Shown here in pieces: positions 51,981 through 64,000 of a DNA stretch of 64,000 nucleotides. The stretch's first letter is position 1. The number at the start of each line of letters is the position of its first letter. Under the pieces are notes generated by a model, which had not been told where the DNA came from, searched no databases, and saw only the letters and a list, made by a program, of their open reading frames with translations. A program made the position numbers and the translations under genes. This stretch comes from Octopus vulgaris (lineage: Eukaryota): contig OX597838.1 in NCBI GenBank assembly GCA_951406725.2, positions 20,088,001-20,152,000 on the forward strand. The letters run 5' to 3'.

Positions 51981-53007
51981 GCGCCATCCTTCCCACTCTG
52001 ACTAAGAAATGGTCACATTACGCAGTGTCTTTTTTTCTTTTCTGAAAAGGCATGGTGCAATTTGAGGAAGATTTGGCTGTTATTTCGAGCAACTTGTCGT
52101 AAATACCAGTTATAAGCTGAGTTCGATAAATTAATCGATAACGATCCTCCTTTCTCCCGTTCAGCAGTTTGTTCTTGTGTCTGGGAAACAGAAATCAATA
52201 TTCCTTAGACAATGCGTTGTTTGTGAATGCACACTTGCCATTCTTACCTCAGATACAAGTCGACACAGCACCTTTGCCAATTAACATATATGTAAACGGG
52301 ACGTCGAGAGAGAGAGGGAGAGAGGTTTTATGTTGTCTACGAGCAACACAAAGCCCCTCTCTCCCTTCCTCCATAAACACAACAGCCAAATTACCTTTAA
52401 AATACAGCCTACCGTCTTAAAAAAGAAAAAAAAATCCAGAGTCAAAGAGGTCTTTATGTGGTCGCTCAATCTGCTAAAAATAGCAGCCAAATCTCTCTTA
52501 AATCGCATCTTACTGTTTTAAAGAAAAGGACACGTAAAATGCACTTCTGGGTCCTGTCTCTGTACGTTGGAAAAGGGAGGAGGATATGACTGGAATGTTT
52601 TTGATCATAGATCTGCCCGATCAGGGCTGTTCTCGGGTTAGACAATAGCAGAAACATTGATAAAGGAGATAGGTATGTTTATATTCGGTAATGAAGTGTA
52701 GTAGTTATAGATACATGATGTTTAGAATAATAAATAAGAGGAAAAAAAAAAGGCCTGGGCAGTTACGGTTGGAACGCTTTTTGTTTGTAGGTTTATTCAA
52801 TAAGGAACTAAATAAAAATGCATTGATGAACCAACAAAGGAGCCTCTACGTGTTCGACTTGCTGGAAATAGCAGCTAAATCCTCGTCAAATTATACGCAA
52901 TCATTAAAAAAAAAGAGGGCACAAATTAGAGATACATCCCCATGGTCTTAGTAAGAATACCTATTGTTGGGTTTTCAATCTGTATGGACCTAAATGAAAC
53001 AACAAAT

Positions 53008-53019
53008 CTATCTATCCAT

Positions 53020-53104
<85 letters not shown>

Positions 53105-53156
53105 CAGCTATCCATCTATGTATCTATCTATCTATCTTTCCAGCTATCCATCTATG

Positions 53157-53216
<60 letters not shown>

Positions 53217-53245
53217 CATCTATCTATCTATGTCTGTCTGTCTGC
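53008..53245. repeat. (TCTA)n / GATA tetranucleotide microsatellite
   Basis: Direct reading. Confidence 0.95.
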
Positions 53246-54603
53246 AAAAAAGATATGAAATTGCGTGTGGGGATGTTTATTTGTTCATGTTCAGAACAAC
53301 AATAGTAGTTAAATAGATTTATCAACATGTTCTGAGTGGGTCTACATGCGTGGATGATGCGTGTTCAGACAAATAAAATAGCATCCACTTGTAATCAAAA
53401 TCTATATCGGTCACCCTTATAGTAATAATCACACCTTAAGAGAGAGAGAGAGAGAGAGAGTGGTAACGACGAGAAAAAAGGAGAAAGAGAGAGAGAGGGA
53501 GAGAGAGAGAGAGAGTGGTAACGGCGAGAAAAAAGGAGAAAGAGAGAGAGGGAGAGAGAGAGAGAGAAAGAGATAAATACACACGCATACATTTGTGTAT
53601 GTATATATGTACATGTGTGTGTGTGTGTGTGTGCTTAACTTCTGCCGATTATTAAATAAAAAATATATATAAACTCATATTTTGAGTTCTTTTTTTCTGT
53701 TTGCATCACCAAACCTACAATATATATATATATATATAGATAAATGAGAGAGAGAGTATATATATATATATATATATATATATACCCATATATATTATAT
53801 AATATACATTATAATGTACATAATATAACAATTATAGATAGATAAATAGACAGGTACAGAAAGACACACGCACACACACACACACAGAGACAAGACGGAG
53901 AGAGAGCGAAAGAGAAAGAAAAAGAGATGAGGCAGGAAGGGAGTGGGAGTAAAAATACTGATCAGGAGTAGGTGTAACCTAGTATGTTTACTGCAAAAAT
54001 CTGCAGTTTTTAATCTATTATTTTGGTGTCAAGAGTCTACTCGTAATAAATATGTTGGCGATGCCTCCGTCAGAAGCTAAGCCGACGCAGAGACCAAAAT
54101 AATTGTTCACTTGCGCTACGTACCCTGTAACCCGCATATGCCAATAATTAATGTCCAAAATTGTTTCGTCTCCCTCTCCCTTGCTCCTCAGCCAAATCTT
54201 GTCTTAATCAAATTTTCAGTCGGTTTCAGTTCATTTGTTTAACAACAGTTGTTAGATAAGGTCAAATTCAACTGAACGGTTGATGTTCGATTAGAGAGAG
54301 AGAGAGAGAGAGAGAAAGTACAGTGGCAGGTATGGAGAAAGAGAGACATGTTATGAAATGACGGTGTTAAGAAAGAGATAAACATAGGTAAAAAGAAATA
54401 TGATTGAGAGAGAGAGAGAGAGAGAGGAGAAACAAAGTGACAGAGAAAAAGATAGAGAAAATTTTGAGCAAGGAGAGAGCGAGAGAGAGAGAGAGGGAGA
54501 AGATGAAAGTTAGAGAGAGGAACAGTTCGGCTGAGATGAAAAAGAGATAAGGTGAGAACATTCACATTACAATAGGGGACCGTTATACAGAAGATGAGGC
54601 ATA

Positions 54604-54654
<51 letters not shown>

Positions 54655-54679
54655 GAGAGAGAGATAAAGAAATGTGTGT

Positions 54680-55540
54680 CAAAATCTTTCAAAAGTGCCC
54701 GCTTATGGATTTTATCTGTATCTCGTTTCTTGGACTGGAAACTCCGTGTTAGATAGCGGCGTGTGCTGACTCTCGCTCTATGAACCCCGGTTTGCTTTTG
54801 TCCTCCAGATTCTTCCACCTTATACATCAACGATCCACTTGCCGCTTTCTGTAATAACGCCCTCTCATATGTAGATCATACCACCATTTATTCCTCCTTA
54901 ACCTTCCATACCCAAGCAACCTAGATACTGCACACTACGTCAACATTGATTCCCTGAACAGGCCTTGAAAACAACCTTCCATAGGCTGGGGGTTGCAGGT
55001 CACGCTAATCAAGTCTCCTTCAATAGCAGACACAATCACTGCATATATCAAGAAAACATCGCAGAGCATGTCTCCTAGCGAACGCACATCCTCATCATAG
55101 CAAAAGCAGCCCCACAAAAACTGGCTTTTTTTCCCTTCAAATACTTAGCCCTCAACACTATTAACTATTTGGAAAGCCCACGTGAAACCAACAACAGAGT
55201 TTTTCTCCCACATCTGAGACAGTGCTGCTGCTACACACAGACAGACTAGACATCTAGAGAAAGGCCATTTAACTAATTGGCGTTAAGACGCAGAGAAACA
55301 CACTCCGGCATCTGGCTTGCAGACATTGTCTTTTATACTACTACTACAGTGACCTCTGAGTTAGCTACTTTCTTACTACTCAGGGCTCCTGTGCACTTGT
55401 CTCTTATACTGAGTCCCCGTCCCATGGTCTACCCTAACCACCTCATTCAGTTATTTCTTCTCAGAACGCCGGTTCTCTTGGATTTATCCGCCTGCAGTGG
55501 TCGACCTGCATGGCATCAATCTCACTTGTCTAAGAAAGTT
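54680..55540 (+). pseudogene. Decayed LINE RT fragment (CR1/Jockey-group)
   Basis: LYINDPL..SYVDHTTIYSS, a degenerate form of LYIND..YADDTT; ends near a (TAA)n tail. Confidence 0.6.
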
Positions 55541-56514
55541 TATAATAATAATAATAATAATAATTGTGTACAGTGCTCAGGTGCACTACAACTATAGAGC
55601 CTATAGCCATCATAAACTATAGTATAGGCATAGACCCTGTCATCATGCTAAAGAAAATAAGTAAACATCCATGTAAGTATAGAGAAATAAAAAGTGGGAA
55701 ATATTGGAAAGCAAAAAAATGTAGGAGAGAGGGAGAGAAAGAGAGTAGATTTATATAGAGACACTTCAAAAATTCTAGGTAACACTTGATAGCCTTATAA
55801 AATCATTTTTCTGAATGTTAGAGTGGTGCATTGTAATAAATAAATCGATAAAAAAGTAATCATTATTTCGCCATAGAAACGACCATTGTGCAGTAAAAGT
55901 TGTATTTTGAAATGATAATTGCTAATCTTTAACATCACTTTTCGCCTTTTTTTTGCAAAAATGAAGTTAGTCGGTTTTTAGGTTGTAGCTATACCAAGGA
56001 ACATGTCTTCAGTAGCACCGGTATCCACCTAATTTTAGGAGAAAACAATCACAGCTTTACTGGGTTGCCAAATCGAGGTCGCATTATATTGTAAAGCGCT
56101 TATTATACTGTTTACACATCGGTTTTGTTTTCTTGTGTTGCCATTATTTGACCTCACTGCAACTGATCACTCATTGCAAGTATTGCCTATTAGGAAAATA
56201 GGATCTGGAAAGTAAAAAAAAAATCAAGAAACGCTATGAAAGGAAACGGTCTACAGGCACCGGTACGCACCTAATTTGAAGGAGTTGAAGAGAGAAAGGG
56301 GGGAAAGTAAAGGTAGAGAAAGGGAGGGAGGAAGAGAATAAGAAAATGATACAAAGGAAAAAAGAGGGGGAAAGAACAGTACAAACGAAAGAAAGGGTAG
56401 AAAAGAACGAAGCAGAGAGAAAGAGGAAGAGAAATAAGTAAGAGTGAAAGGAGAGGGAGAGAGAGAAAAGTAGAGGCAAGATAGATAGAGAGGGAGAAGG
56501 GGAGGGAATAGAGA

Positions 56515-56870
56515 AAAAAGAGAAGGCATGATTCAAAGAGAGAGAGAGAGAGAGTGAGAGAAAGGGGAGGAACACAGAAAATAAAGAGGCAAGATTCAGA
56601 GAGAGTGAGTGAGAGAGAGAGAGAGACAGACAGAAAAAAGAGAGAAAGGGGAGGAACACAGAAAATAAAGAGGCAAGATTCAGAGAGAGTGAGTGAGAGA
56701 GAGAGACATACATAAAAAAGAGAGAAAGGGGAGGAACACAGAAAATAAGGAGGCAAGATTCAGAGAGAGAGTGAGTGAGAGAGAGACAGACAGATAGAAA
56801 AAAGAGAGAAAGGGGAGGAACAGCAAAAAAAAAAAGAGGAGAAAGTAAGATTCAGTGAGAGAGAGAGAGA
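56515..56870. repeat. GA-rich tandem repeat, ~80-bp unit x4
   Basis: GAGGCAAGATTCAGAGAGAGTGAGTGAGAG...GAGAAAGGGGAGGAACACAGAAAATAA repeated. Confidence 0.9.
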
Positions 56871-56879
56871 GGTGGATGA

Positions 56880-57218
56880 AAACGAGGTCGCGCTCTTGCA
56901 AACGCCATTTTCATAGTTGTTCTTTCTACATTCAACCAACTTGTTTTTGTTTCAGTTGATATTAATTCGTGATGAAGATCCGTTGGCAGTGAGCTTCCTA
57001 TTTCCTACTTGCAATAAGCCGGTGGCTTTATTATTTTGCTTCGTAATTAATCTGACAGTGTATTGTTTTCAACGGAGAATACCTTTTCCTATACTACAGT
57101 TTTTTTTTTCTACCGCTTCTAGCACACTCTCTCTCTTAAGACATACATCTATCCCTTTACACACTTTAGAAGCTCAAAATGCTTTCAGCTACTGGAACCA
57201 AGCGACACATGGAATTTG
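56880..57218 (+). promoter_or_regulatory. Candidate promoter/first exon of a plus-strand gene
   Basis: YY1-type CGCCATTTT at 56903-56911, local CpGs, ATGGAATTTG|GTAAGT (ATG 57209, donor 57218/57219); downstream sequence becomes CpG-poor. Confidence 0.4.
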
Positions 57219-59704
57219 GTAAGTGTTTTCTCTTCGTACTACTTTCTTTTAAAACCTCAAAAAAACCCCCAAAAACAAACTTTATATGCCTCAGTTAAAT
57301 ACACACGTATACATGTCCTGGTGTCTTCAAGTACACACATACATGTGTATGTGTATATATATATATATACACACATATATATGTCTGTCTGTATGTATAT
57401 TTTATCTTTGAATTTGTCTCAATCGAAGCCGAGTTGTTTCAAATTTCAACACACGATAAAAATATGCAGAGTTCAATTTTTTTTTTTCAATTTAAAACTT
57501 CGATAATTGCAACACGCGCGCACACATGCATGTATACATAAACAATGTGGTTATGGAATTATATAGGCTATAGAAGTTCTTTTCTGTTATATAATTGGTG
57601 TGTGTGTGTATATATATATACAAAAAGAGACCGATAGAAGAAGTACTGGGCTTACAAAAGAATAAGTCCTGGGGTCGATTTGCTCGACTAAAGGCGGTGC
57701 TCCAGCATGGCCACAGTCAAATGACTGAAACAAGTAAAAGAGTAAAGAGTATATATATGTATGTATGTAGTATCTATATAAAACGCGTGTCTAATATATA
57801 TGTATCATACATATGCATAATATATGTATAATATATATTCATGTACCTTCATGTACGTATATATACCGCAGGTAGATAGATGGGATCTTCGTCGTTCGAC
57901 AGTGGGGATTTAGTTTGATGAATTGGATTACCTGCTCCGGAATTAATATCGAAGCGGCTGAGCATTCTGCAGACACGTGTACCCTTAACATAATCAAGAT
58001 GAATTACATGTATACAAGATATACGTTACCACAAAGTTATCTCTGATAACATTAACGCAAGGTGCTTCGCAGTGTGTTTGAACACTGGACCTTGAGGTTG
58101 CAAAGCGAACCTACATAAAGCACCTACATAGTATATATATATATATATATATATATAAGAAAAAGGGTGTTCAGAATGCTGGATGGTTGTAAAGATATAT
58201 ATTTATTTACATATCACATATTATTTCTTCATATTAGCGCTTTCAACTACTCCTGTAGTTTCATCAGAAATGTCCAATATATATAAATATATATATATGC
58301 ATGCATGCATATGTTTTTTGTGTCTGTTTTCCATTGTGACACGAGTTGGGTGGTTAGCTAGGATCCAGTGGATTAGAGGACCACGTCGTGCTCCAGTGTT
58401 TCAGTTTTTGCCTGGTTTCTATGACTGGATGGCCTTCCTAACGCCAATCACATTACAATGTGTACTAATGGCTTTTTTTTTCCGTGGCATCAGCACCAGT
58501 GAGGTGTACTTTGTAAGTTGCAAGAGGAAAATAGCCTCCTTGAAAGGGGGAATAGCGATCGTTTTATGTGAGAAGTAGAGAGGTTAATATATGATGTGAG
58601 GAGCAGAGACTGGTTTGTCGAGGAGATTCATGGCTACTTTGCATTTTATTTGGGTGGGTGAAGATTTTTGGTGTGGTGCTGCAGAGAGATTAATGAGGTG
58701 GCAGTAAGTACCAGAACGTGTATTCAAGGCAACATGGTCCAGAAGGTGAATAGAAGAGTGCATGGAGACAGGGTTCTCAGCAAGGGTTGGAAGATTGAGG
58801 GGAGAGTGAAGATGGTCAGATCTATAGACGAAGTGAATGATAGTGGAGGTGGTGATCGATGGGGATTATGAGTGGGAGGATAAATAGATGTCTATTGGGT
58901 GTAGATCAGAGAGGAGGGAGTGGTGACTGGCAGTACAGAAATGGTATGAAATGATTCCCGTAGTAACAGGTGCTAATTTTATGACGTACAGCAACAGAAT
59001 AATAGAATGGATAGAAGAGTGATATCGGGAGATGAGGGGTAGGGTCAAAGCTTGTAAGAGTGGTGGTGGTGGGGGGAGGGGGAGTGAGAGATGGCTAAAA
59101 CAAGGGTAGGGGTGAACAGTGGGAGGAGGGAATTGGTAATTGATAGGGGTGACAATGGATTTAGGAGAGGGAACTCGTTTACCTGGGTTGAGGAAGGAGA
59201 AGAAAAATGCACACAGCTGAAGTAATGGAAATGTGAGTATGCATATGACAGTCTCTCATCCAGTGTCCTTGTCAAATCTGCAATATATGTGTAGCTAAAG
59301 CCCTCCTCCCCCTTACAATACAGCATCATTGGGTCAAATGAAATTTGTTGAGGCAGATATTCTGCAGTCGGATGCTCTTTCTCTTTTGTCAAGCCTCACA
59401 GTTTCCAAGCAAGGTAATATTTCTCCATGGCTGAACAGGTTTTCACAGAATATTTGCCAACAAACAACACCACTAGTTTGATGGTGATACTTGTTTACAA
59501 CTATTGCATGATGTAAAAACATGGAAACACACACACACACACACACATTTATATGGACAAGCTCCTTTCTCTTTCTTGCTACCAAATCCATCCACAAGAC
59601 TTTGATTGTCCCAGGGACTATACGAGATGACAGTTTCTTAAAGTGCTGTACAATGAGACAACCTGAAACATGGTTGGAAAATGAGCTTTTCAACTCCTGA
59701 TGAA

Positions 59705-59745
<41 letters not shown>

Positions 59746-59994
59746 TTGTGTGAACGTGCACTTTGCAGTGTTTGCTGTTGTCATCTGAGCACATTGTGCC
59801 TTTGAATCCTTGTTAAAATGTGATCCCTCTCTTGAAAAACAGATAAGGGTTAACATCAGGGAAGTCATCCACTTATAAAACAATACCTTAAATGACATTT
59901 GGCCAGTCCATGCAAGCATGGAAAAACGAATGTAAAATGAACAAATATATCTTTATATATATATATTATATTACATATAATATGTATAGGGTGT

Positions 59995-60285
59995 GTGATC
60001 CTGTTCGGTCATGAATGACTATGGGATTGCACCTAGAAAGTTACCCTCTGAGGCACAAGTCCAGGTAAGGTTGTTTATTGAAGACCAGCAGTCACCCATG
60101 CATACCAGCCTCCCCTCTCCATGCTGCTGATGATATCCAAGTGAAAGGCAAAGGCCCATACAACTTGGCACCTGTGACATTGCAACTCATTTCTACAGCT
60201 GAGTGAACTGGAGCAACGTGAAATAAAGCATCTTGCTCAAGAACACAGCATGCAGTCCAGTCACTCTAACCACTGAGCCATACAC
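59995..60285 (-). mobile_element. tRNA-derived SINE (distinct family)
   Basis: Minus strand TGGCTCAGTGGTTAGAGTG head, then TGTGTTCTTGAGCAAGATGCTTTATTTCACGTTGCTCCAG. Confidence 0.65.
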
Positions 60286-60364
60286 TTTCACTATAATATA
60301 TATTATATATATATATATATAAAATTTGTATGCATATATCATTTGTATATATTATTTTCTTATA

Positions 60365-60571
60365 TTCTTTTATTTGTTATTAGCTTGCAGCCATGCTGTC
60401 GCACTACCTTGAAGAATTTTAGTTGAATAAATCAACCCCAGTACTTTACTTTTTTAAACCTGGTACTTTATTCTATCGATCTCTCTAGGTGAACTGCTAA
60501 GTTACGGGTGTATAAATACACCAACACCTGTTCACAAGCAGTGGTGGGGAACAGACACACAGATATACACA

Positions 60572-60616
<45 letters not shown>

Positions 60617-61935
60617 GATGGGTTTTTTTTGAGTTTCTGTTCACCAAATCCATTCAAAAGGATTTGGTCAGCCTGAGGCTATAGTAGAAGGCATTTGCAC
60701 AAGGTGCCATGCAGTGGGATTGAACCTGGAATTGTGCGGTTGGGAAGCATGTTTCTTACCACACAACTACTTTTGTGCTTTAATAATATAACATATAATA
60801 TAATCCAGACACATTTTTTCCTTTCATTCCTTTGTCGTAAAGTGTTGGCTTAAAATATCTAAGACTTTTCCATTCTTCCTGACCATCAAGCTAATACACT
60901 TGCTTGTTGTTCCCTCACCTGTCTTTTGTTTTCTCTACATTTGGAACATATATATATATAATATAAAGATCATATGTTATATAATGTAGGTGCAGGCATG
61001 GCTGTGTGGTAAGTAGCTTGCTTACCAACCACATGGTTCTGGGTTCCCACTGCATGGCACCTTGGGCAAGTGTCTTTTACTATAGCCTCGGGCTGACCAA
61101 AGCCTTGTAAGTGGATTTGGTAGATGGAAACTGAAAGAAGCCCATCGTGTGTGTGTTTGTGTGTCTGTGTTTGTTACTCCACCATTGCTTTACAGCCGAT
61201 GATGGTGTATGTACGTCCCTGTAACTTAACGGTTCAGTAAAAGAGACTGATAGGATAAGTACTTGGCTTACAATGTCCTGGGGTCAACTTGTTTGACTAA
61301 AGGTGGTGCTCCAGCCTGGCCACAGTCAAGTGACTGAAACAAATAAAAGAATATGATCTTTGATTTGTTTCAGTCATTAGACTGTAGCCATGCAAGGGCA
61401 CACGACTTTGAAGAATTTTCGTCAAATGAATCGACCCTAGTACTTTAATTTTCTTTAAGCTTGTTGCTTATATGTCTCTTTTACCAAACCGTTAAGTACA
61501 GGGATGTAAAGACACCAACACCAGTTGACAGGCAGTGGAGGTGGGGACAAGCACATGTACACACATATATGATGGGCATATATATATATATATATATATA
61601 TATAGGAGAATTCACAAAAAAAAAAGCAAAAGGCGAAGACAGATGGTGTAGACAACAAACAGATGTATTAGTTTAATGCTTGGGAAGTGAAAATGTCTTT
61701 AACATTTCGAGCCTACGCTCTTCCACAGAAAGAAACAAGGAGAGAAAATAATGTGTAGTGGCTAGCGGTGCTGTTATGACTGTATGGTAAGAAGTTTGCT
61801 TCCCAACCACATGGCCTTGGGTTCAGATCCACTATGTGGTGGCACCTTGGGCAAGTGTCTTCTACCATAGCCTCAGGCTGACCAAAGCCTTGTGAATGGA
61901 TTTGGTAGGCAGAAACTGAAAGAAGCCTGTCGTGT
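60365..61935. mobile_element. Cluster of family A SINEs in alternating orientation with Penelope-like TA-associated fragments
   Basis: Copies at ~60365-60770 (-), 60988-61350 (+), 61360-61575 (-), 61775-61935 (+); PLE-like piece 61605-61770. Confidence 0.75.
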
Positions 61936-62509
61936 GTGTATATATATGTACACAAAAACTATTGAAATAACATCCTATAACCTACAATCACAAGTTCTAG
62001 CTACACGATTTCGATTAGGTCCATTATTAGTGTTAGTAATTAAAGCATTATTATTTCTATTACTATAAAAAATATCTAATTTAAATTAGATATTTTTTGT
62101 AGTAATAGAAATAATAATACTTATTAACACTATTCTATCATTTCCCTTTGCCAAACTGTTAAGTTTCACAATTTTGTAAATAATAATAATGGTATTTTTT
62201 ATAAGCTTAAAGCAATCACTCTGCAAATGGCTATATATATATTTATATATACATACACACAAACTTGAGGAATGACCACTAAAGTGGACACCTAATATGC
62301 ATACAGAAAAGACATATATATATATGATGATGATGATATATATATATATATATAAAAATAATATATATTGATGTGTCACTGTTTGTCCCCCCACCACCAC
62401 TTGACAACCAGTGTTGGTGCGTTTATGTTCTTGTAACTTAGCAGTTTGGCAAAAGAGACTGATAGAATAAGTACCAGATAAAAGATATATATATATATAT
62501 ATATTACCC

Positions 62510-62815
62510 ATGCCAGTGGCATGTAAAAAGCACCATCAGAACGTGGCTGATGCCAGCGCCACCTGACTGGCATCCGTGTCGGTGACATGTAAAAAGCACC
62601 AACTGATCGTGGCTGTTTGGCAGCCTCTTCTGGCCCCTGTGCCAGTGACACGTAAAAAGCACCCACTACACTCACGGAGTGGTTGGTGTTAGGAAGGGTA
62701 TCCAGCTGTAGAAACACTGCCAGATCAGACTGGAGTCTCCTGGCTTCCCAGACCCTGGTCGAACCATCTAACCCATGCTAGCATGGAAAACGGACGTTAA
62801 ACAATGATGATGATA
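62510..62815 (+). mobile_element. SINE family C
   Basis: GGTTGGTGTTAGGAAGGGTATCCAGCTGTAGAAAC...GCATGGAAAACGGACGTTAAAC(AAT)GATGATGAT. Confidence 0.8.
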
Positions 62816-63647
62816 TATAGTATACATATCTACAATTATAATTTTAAATAATGCATTTACTATGGACTTTTTTTGAGAAAAATGTGACGTGTGGTATGCC
62901 ACCAATTTTTATCTGTGTATCAAATTTGATATAATTGTAATTTATCCACACTGGAAGATATTTGTTGAAATTTTCATTTAAAAATACCCGTTTTTCTGAA
63001 GGTTATGAGGAAACAAATCTGACCTGTGTGAGTTTTCTGAATCTCCTGACCCGGAAATTTTTGTCACCACAAATTCATATAAAATCAGAATCTAGACTAT
63101 TTGAAACATATTTGTAGAAAATTTCATTAAAAAATGTCCATTTTTCTGGAAGTTATGAGGAAACAAAATCAGTGGGGCATGCAGTTGTGAGACTAAGATC
63201 CCTTTCGACTGAGTGGGGCAAAGGTAGAGAGGGAGGTGGCTCTATGCTAGGATATCAGGAGTTCAGGTATGAAAGAAAGGGCCAGAACAGAACAGGTTTC
63301 TTGCTGTAGAGGAGCTACGTGGCTACTCATATAGAAGAGTAGCTGGGAGCAACTGAGGTCGAGGTGGAAAGAGATAAAAACAGTGTTGGTGGAAGTCAGT
63401 GGGGACCCTCAAGGTACAGGGGTCAGAAGAACAGGGTATGTAACTGGATAGAAGTTGGAGAGTGAAGAGTAGTTAGAGCTAGGGAATAGTTGAGGGGTTA
63501 AATATAATGAATGAGAAGCAAAGCTTGTGGGATGGTTGATGATAAATATACATTGGAGGCAAGATAAGAGTACTGGTGACTGTTGAGATTGGGTAGCATA
63601 TAAATATTGTATATGCAATATATTATAAATATGTTATACATGTAATA

Positions 63648-63854
63648 TAGTAATCCCGTGCCATGTCGCGGTTCACCTATCGTTGTTTATTATTTAAGCT
63701 AACATCGATTTCTGCGTGCTGTTGTTTTGCATTTATGATAAAATAAATATATACAAATTATAAAAAGAATTTTAAAATATATACAGTACAGTACTGTTTC
63801 TACTTCGTGAGGTGGTTTTGGAACATAACATCTGTGATAGTCAAGGGATTACTG
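63648..63854. mobile_element. Tc1/mariner (Tigger-like) MITE with TA TSD
   Basis: Ends TAGTAATCCC.TG.C.TGTCGCGG / TCTGTGATAGTCAAGGGATTACTG flanked by TA. Confidence 0.65.
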
Positions 63855-63863
63855 TATATATTT

Positions 63864-63911
<48 letters not shown>

Positions 63912-64000
63912 CACACACATTCACTTGCTAGGAGTTACTTGTTCCGAGAATCTGAGTGAAACTATTTAGAATAATTTTCACAATATCATGTTTGTATGTG

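Noticed and set aside
52942-53316. (SIYL)n ORFs
   Set aside because: Translation of the (TCTA)n microsatellite

Overview
AT-rich, repeat-dense eukaryotic genomic DNA, almost certainly animal. The mix of tRNA-derived SINEs, huge (TA)n/(CA)n/(GA)n microsatellites and RTE LINE relics strongly suggests an octopus/coleoid cephalopod; this is inference from recognised repeat sequences, not a database result. No complete protein-coding gene can be identified, and most listed ORFs are microsatellite, SINE or antisense-TE artefacts. Supportable content: at least four SINE families, decayed RTE/CR1-type LINE RT fragments, a young BovB-like RTE 3' insertion with TSD, non-autonomous Helitrons, Tc1/mariner- and piggyBac-type MITEs, a U6 snRNA 3' fragment, and three candidate promoter/first-exon regions (~17.8 kb minus, ~27.8 kb plus, ~57 kb plus). 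The most notable signals are (1) several Penelope-like hammerhead-ribozyme motifs in or next to (TA)n tracts, including a near-perfect 160-bp inverted repeat with a complete type I hammerhead on each strand (34.56-34.94 kb), and (2) head-to-tail SINE multimers inserted as single TSD-flanked units. Coordinates were counted by eye and may be off by a few bases.
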